A DNA stretch of 64,000 bases, from NCBI GenBank assembly GCA_965202665.1, contig OZ241841.1, positions 2,496,001 through 2,560,000 of the forward strand. Reading direction: 5' to 3'. The position numbers were made by a program, and so were the translations under genes. Numbering within the stretch: position 1 is the stretch's first letter; each line of letters opens with the position of its first letter. Positions 62,534 through 64,000 of the stretch are shown piece by piece. The notes under the pieces are model-generated. The model was not told the DNA's origin. It saw nothing but the letters and a program-made list of their open reading frames with translations, and did no database searches. The DNA comes from Candidatus Spongiisociaceae bacterium (lineage in GTDB: Bacteria > Actinomycetota > Acidimicrobiia > Spongiisociales > Spongiisociaceae).

Positions 62534-63151
62534 ATGGTGATCCGCCCGCCCGCCATAGAGGGGGCCGCCTTCACCACGGCCGCGGCCGGGGACATGTTGC
62601 GGGGCGATCGGAGGGAAGTGTCGGAGGCGCTGGGCATCTCCCTGGAATGGGCCACCGTCGGCCAGCGGCACGGAGCGGAGGTGCGGGAAGTGGACTCCCC
62701 CGGCCCGGCGGGCGCGGCCGACGCCCTGGTTTCATCCCGTCCCGGTTTGCCGATGGCGGTGTTCACCGCCGACTGCGCGGGGGTGGTTTTGCACACCGAC
62801 CGGGCGGCGGCGGTGGTGCACGCCGGATGGCGGGGGGCGGCGGCGCGGGCGGTGGAAGCCGCCGCCCGCCGCCTGGGACGGACCGGGACGGTGCGCCGGG
62901 CGGCCCTGGGGCCGATGATCGGACCCTGCTGTTTCGAAGTCGGGGAGGACGTGTTGCGGGCGCTGGGGGAGTGGGAGGCGCGAACCGACTGGGGGTCCCC
63001 TTCGGTGGATCTGCCCGCCGCGGTCCGCGCCCAGGTCCCGCAGGCGCAGTGGTGGTCGGCGGGGCAATGCACCCGTTGCGGGGAAGGATGGTTCTCCCAT
63101 CGGGCGGACGCCTCCCCCGCCCGGATGGCCGCCATCGGATGGTTGCCGTGA
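62534..63151 (+). CDS. pgeF: PgeF/YfiH laccase-domain protein
   Basis: QRHG, ADAL, TADC, HAGWRG, GPMIGPCCFEV, CTRC, FSHR. Confidence 0.85.
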   Translation: MVIRPPAIEGAAFTTAAAGDMLRGDRREVSEALGISLEWATVGQRHGAEVREVDSPGPAGAADALVSSRPGLPMAVFTADCAGVVLHTDRAAAVVHAGWRGAAARAVEAAARRLGRTGTVRRAALGPMIGPCCFEVGEDVLRALGEWEARTDWGSPSVDLPAAVRAQVPQAQWWSAGQCTRCGEGWFSHRADASPARMAAIGWLP

Positions 63152-63879
63152 ACCTCGCCGTGAAACAAGACACCGCCCCTCTGCCGGGGGAGACGGCCCG
63201 CCGCTTGGCCGAAGTGCGGACGCGGATGGAGCAGGCCGCGGCCCGCGCCGGACGGGCGGCGGACCAGGTTCGCTTGGCGGCGGTGGGCAAAGGCCATCCG
63301 GCGGAGGCGGTGCGGGACGCCTACCGCGCCGGCCACCGCCTGTTCGCCGAAAGCCGCGGCCAGGAGTTGGCCCGCAAGGCGCAAGAGTCGCCGCCGGATA
63401 TCGAATGGCATTTCATCGGCCCCCTGCAGACCAACAAGGTGCGGCTGGTGCGCCCCCGCATCGCCCTGCTCCATTCCCTGGACCGCCCCCGGTTGCTGAA
63501 GGCGTGGATCGAGCAAGGACCGGACGGGGAGCGGGTTCCGCCGGCCCTTTTGCAAATCAACATCGGCCGGGAGCCCCAGAAGGGAGGGGTGGAACCGGAC
63601 GGGGCGGCGGAGACGTTCGAACGATGGGAGGAGGCGGGGGCGCCGTTGGCCGGTTTGACGGCCATTCCCCCCCTGGGGGCCGAATCGGAATCCTCCCGCC
63701 CTTATTTCGCTAGAATGAAGGAAATAGGGGATTTGTTGTCGGCCAGGCTGGGCCGGCCGCTTATCCTCAGCATGGGAATGACCGATGACTTCGAGACGGC
63801 AATCGAGGAAGGTTCCACGCTAATTCGCGTGGGGAGGGCTATCTTTGGCCCGCGAAGCGGCGATGAGACGGGACCGTAA
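63148..63879 (+). CDS. yggS: PLP homeostasis protein YggS
   Basis: AVGK, WHFIGPLQTNK, LSMGMTDDFETAIEEGSTLIRVGRAIFG. Confidence 0.93.
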   Translation: MNLAVKQDTAPLPGETARRLAEVRTRMEQAAARAGRAADQVRLAAVGKGHPAEAVRDAYRAGHRLFAESRGQELARKAQESPPDIEWHFIGPLQTNKVRLVRPRIALLHSLDRPRLLKAWIEQGPDGERVPPALLQINIGREPQKGGVEPDGAAETFERWEEAGAPLAGLTAIPPLGAESESSRPYFARMKEIGDLLSARLGRPLILSMGMTDDFETAIEEGSTLIRVGRAIFGPRSGDETGP

Positions 63880-63890
63880 AGAGGCGGTAA

Positions 63891-64000
63891 ATGAGCGCTT
63901 GGAAAAGGATGATGCTGGCCCTCGGGCTGGTGGATGAATACGAGGAGGACGAGCAGGCTCCCCGGCCGCGTCCGCCGGGCAACGGCCCCGCCCCGGGCGG
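63891..64000 (+). CDS. sepF: Cell division protein SepF, N-terminus (truncated by window)
   Basis: MSAWKRMMLALGLVDEYEED amphipathic start; conserved position after yggS. Confidence 0.7.
   Translation, partial: MSAWKRMMLALGLVDEYEEDEQAPRPRPPGNGPAPG

Overview
High-GC actinobacterial chromosome segment. The gene content and style suggest Acidimicrobiia, but that is inference. Left part (1-15.6 kb): partial ilvD, a type II fatty-acid synthesis operon (fabD-fabH-fabG-acpP-fabF), dinB and small housekeeping genes. At 15.7-17.7 kb a frameshifted IS110 sits at the junction of two ~240-bp direct repeats, with a bridge-RNA-like non-coding end. The centre (20.4-34.8 kb) is the most notable region. It holds a complete coenzyme M (CoM)-dependent epoxide-metabolism cluster: EaCoMT, R-HPC dehydrogenase, a second SDR, 2-KPCC reductase/carboxylase, a two-subunit CoA-transferase and an acyl-CoA synthetase. 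It also holds bacterial CoM biosynthesis genes (comA/xcbB and xcbA/D/E/C-like). There is no alkene monooxygenase or regulator in the cluster. It is flanked by an F420-type LLM enzyme and an AlkZ/YcaQ-type DNA glycosylase. Its leftward operon starts from a TGTCAC-N10-TANNNT promoter, a motif also found at a DUF222-HNH gene and, degenerately, at dinB. At 34.8-47.9 kb is an accessory/defence island: an AT-rich ORFan, DUF222-HNH, a secreted SLH-2xCache protein, three tandem HTH_17 paralogs, a PLD-SNF2 helicase plus adenine MTase, and a duplicated antitoxin plus PIN toxin. The right part (48.1-64 kb) is the dcw cluster from mraZ to sepF, lacking murF. All family assignments come from motifs read by eye and recalled reference sequences; no database search was run.
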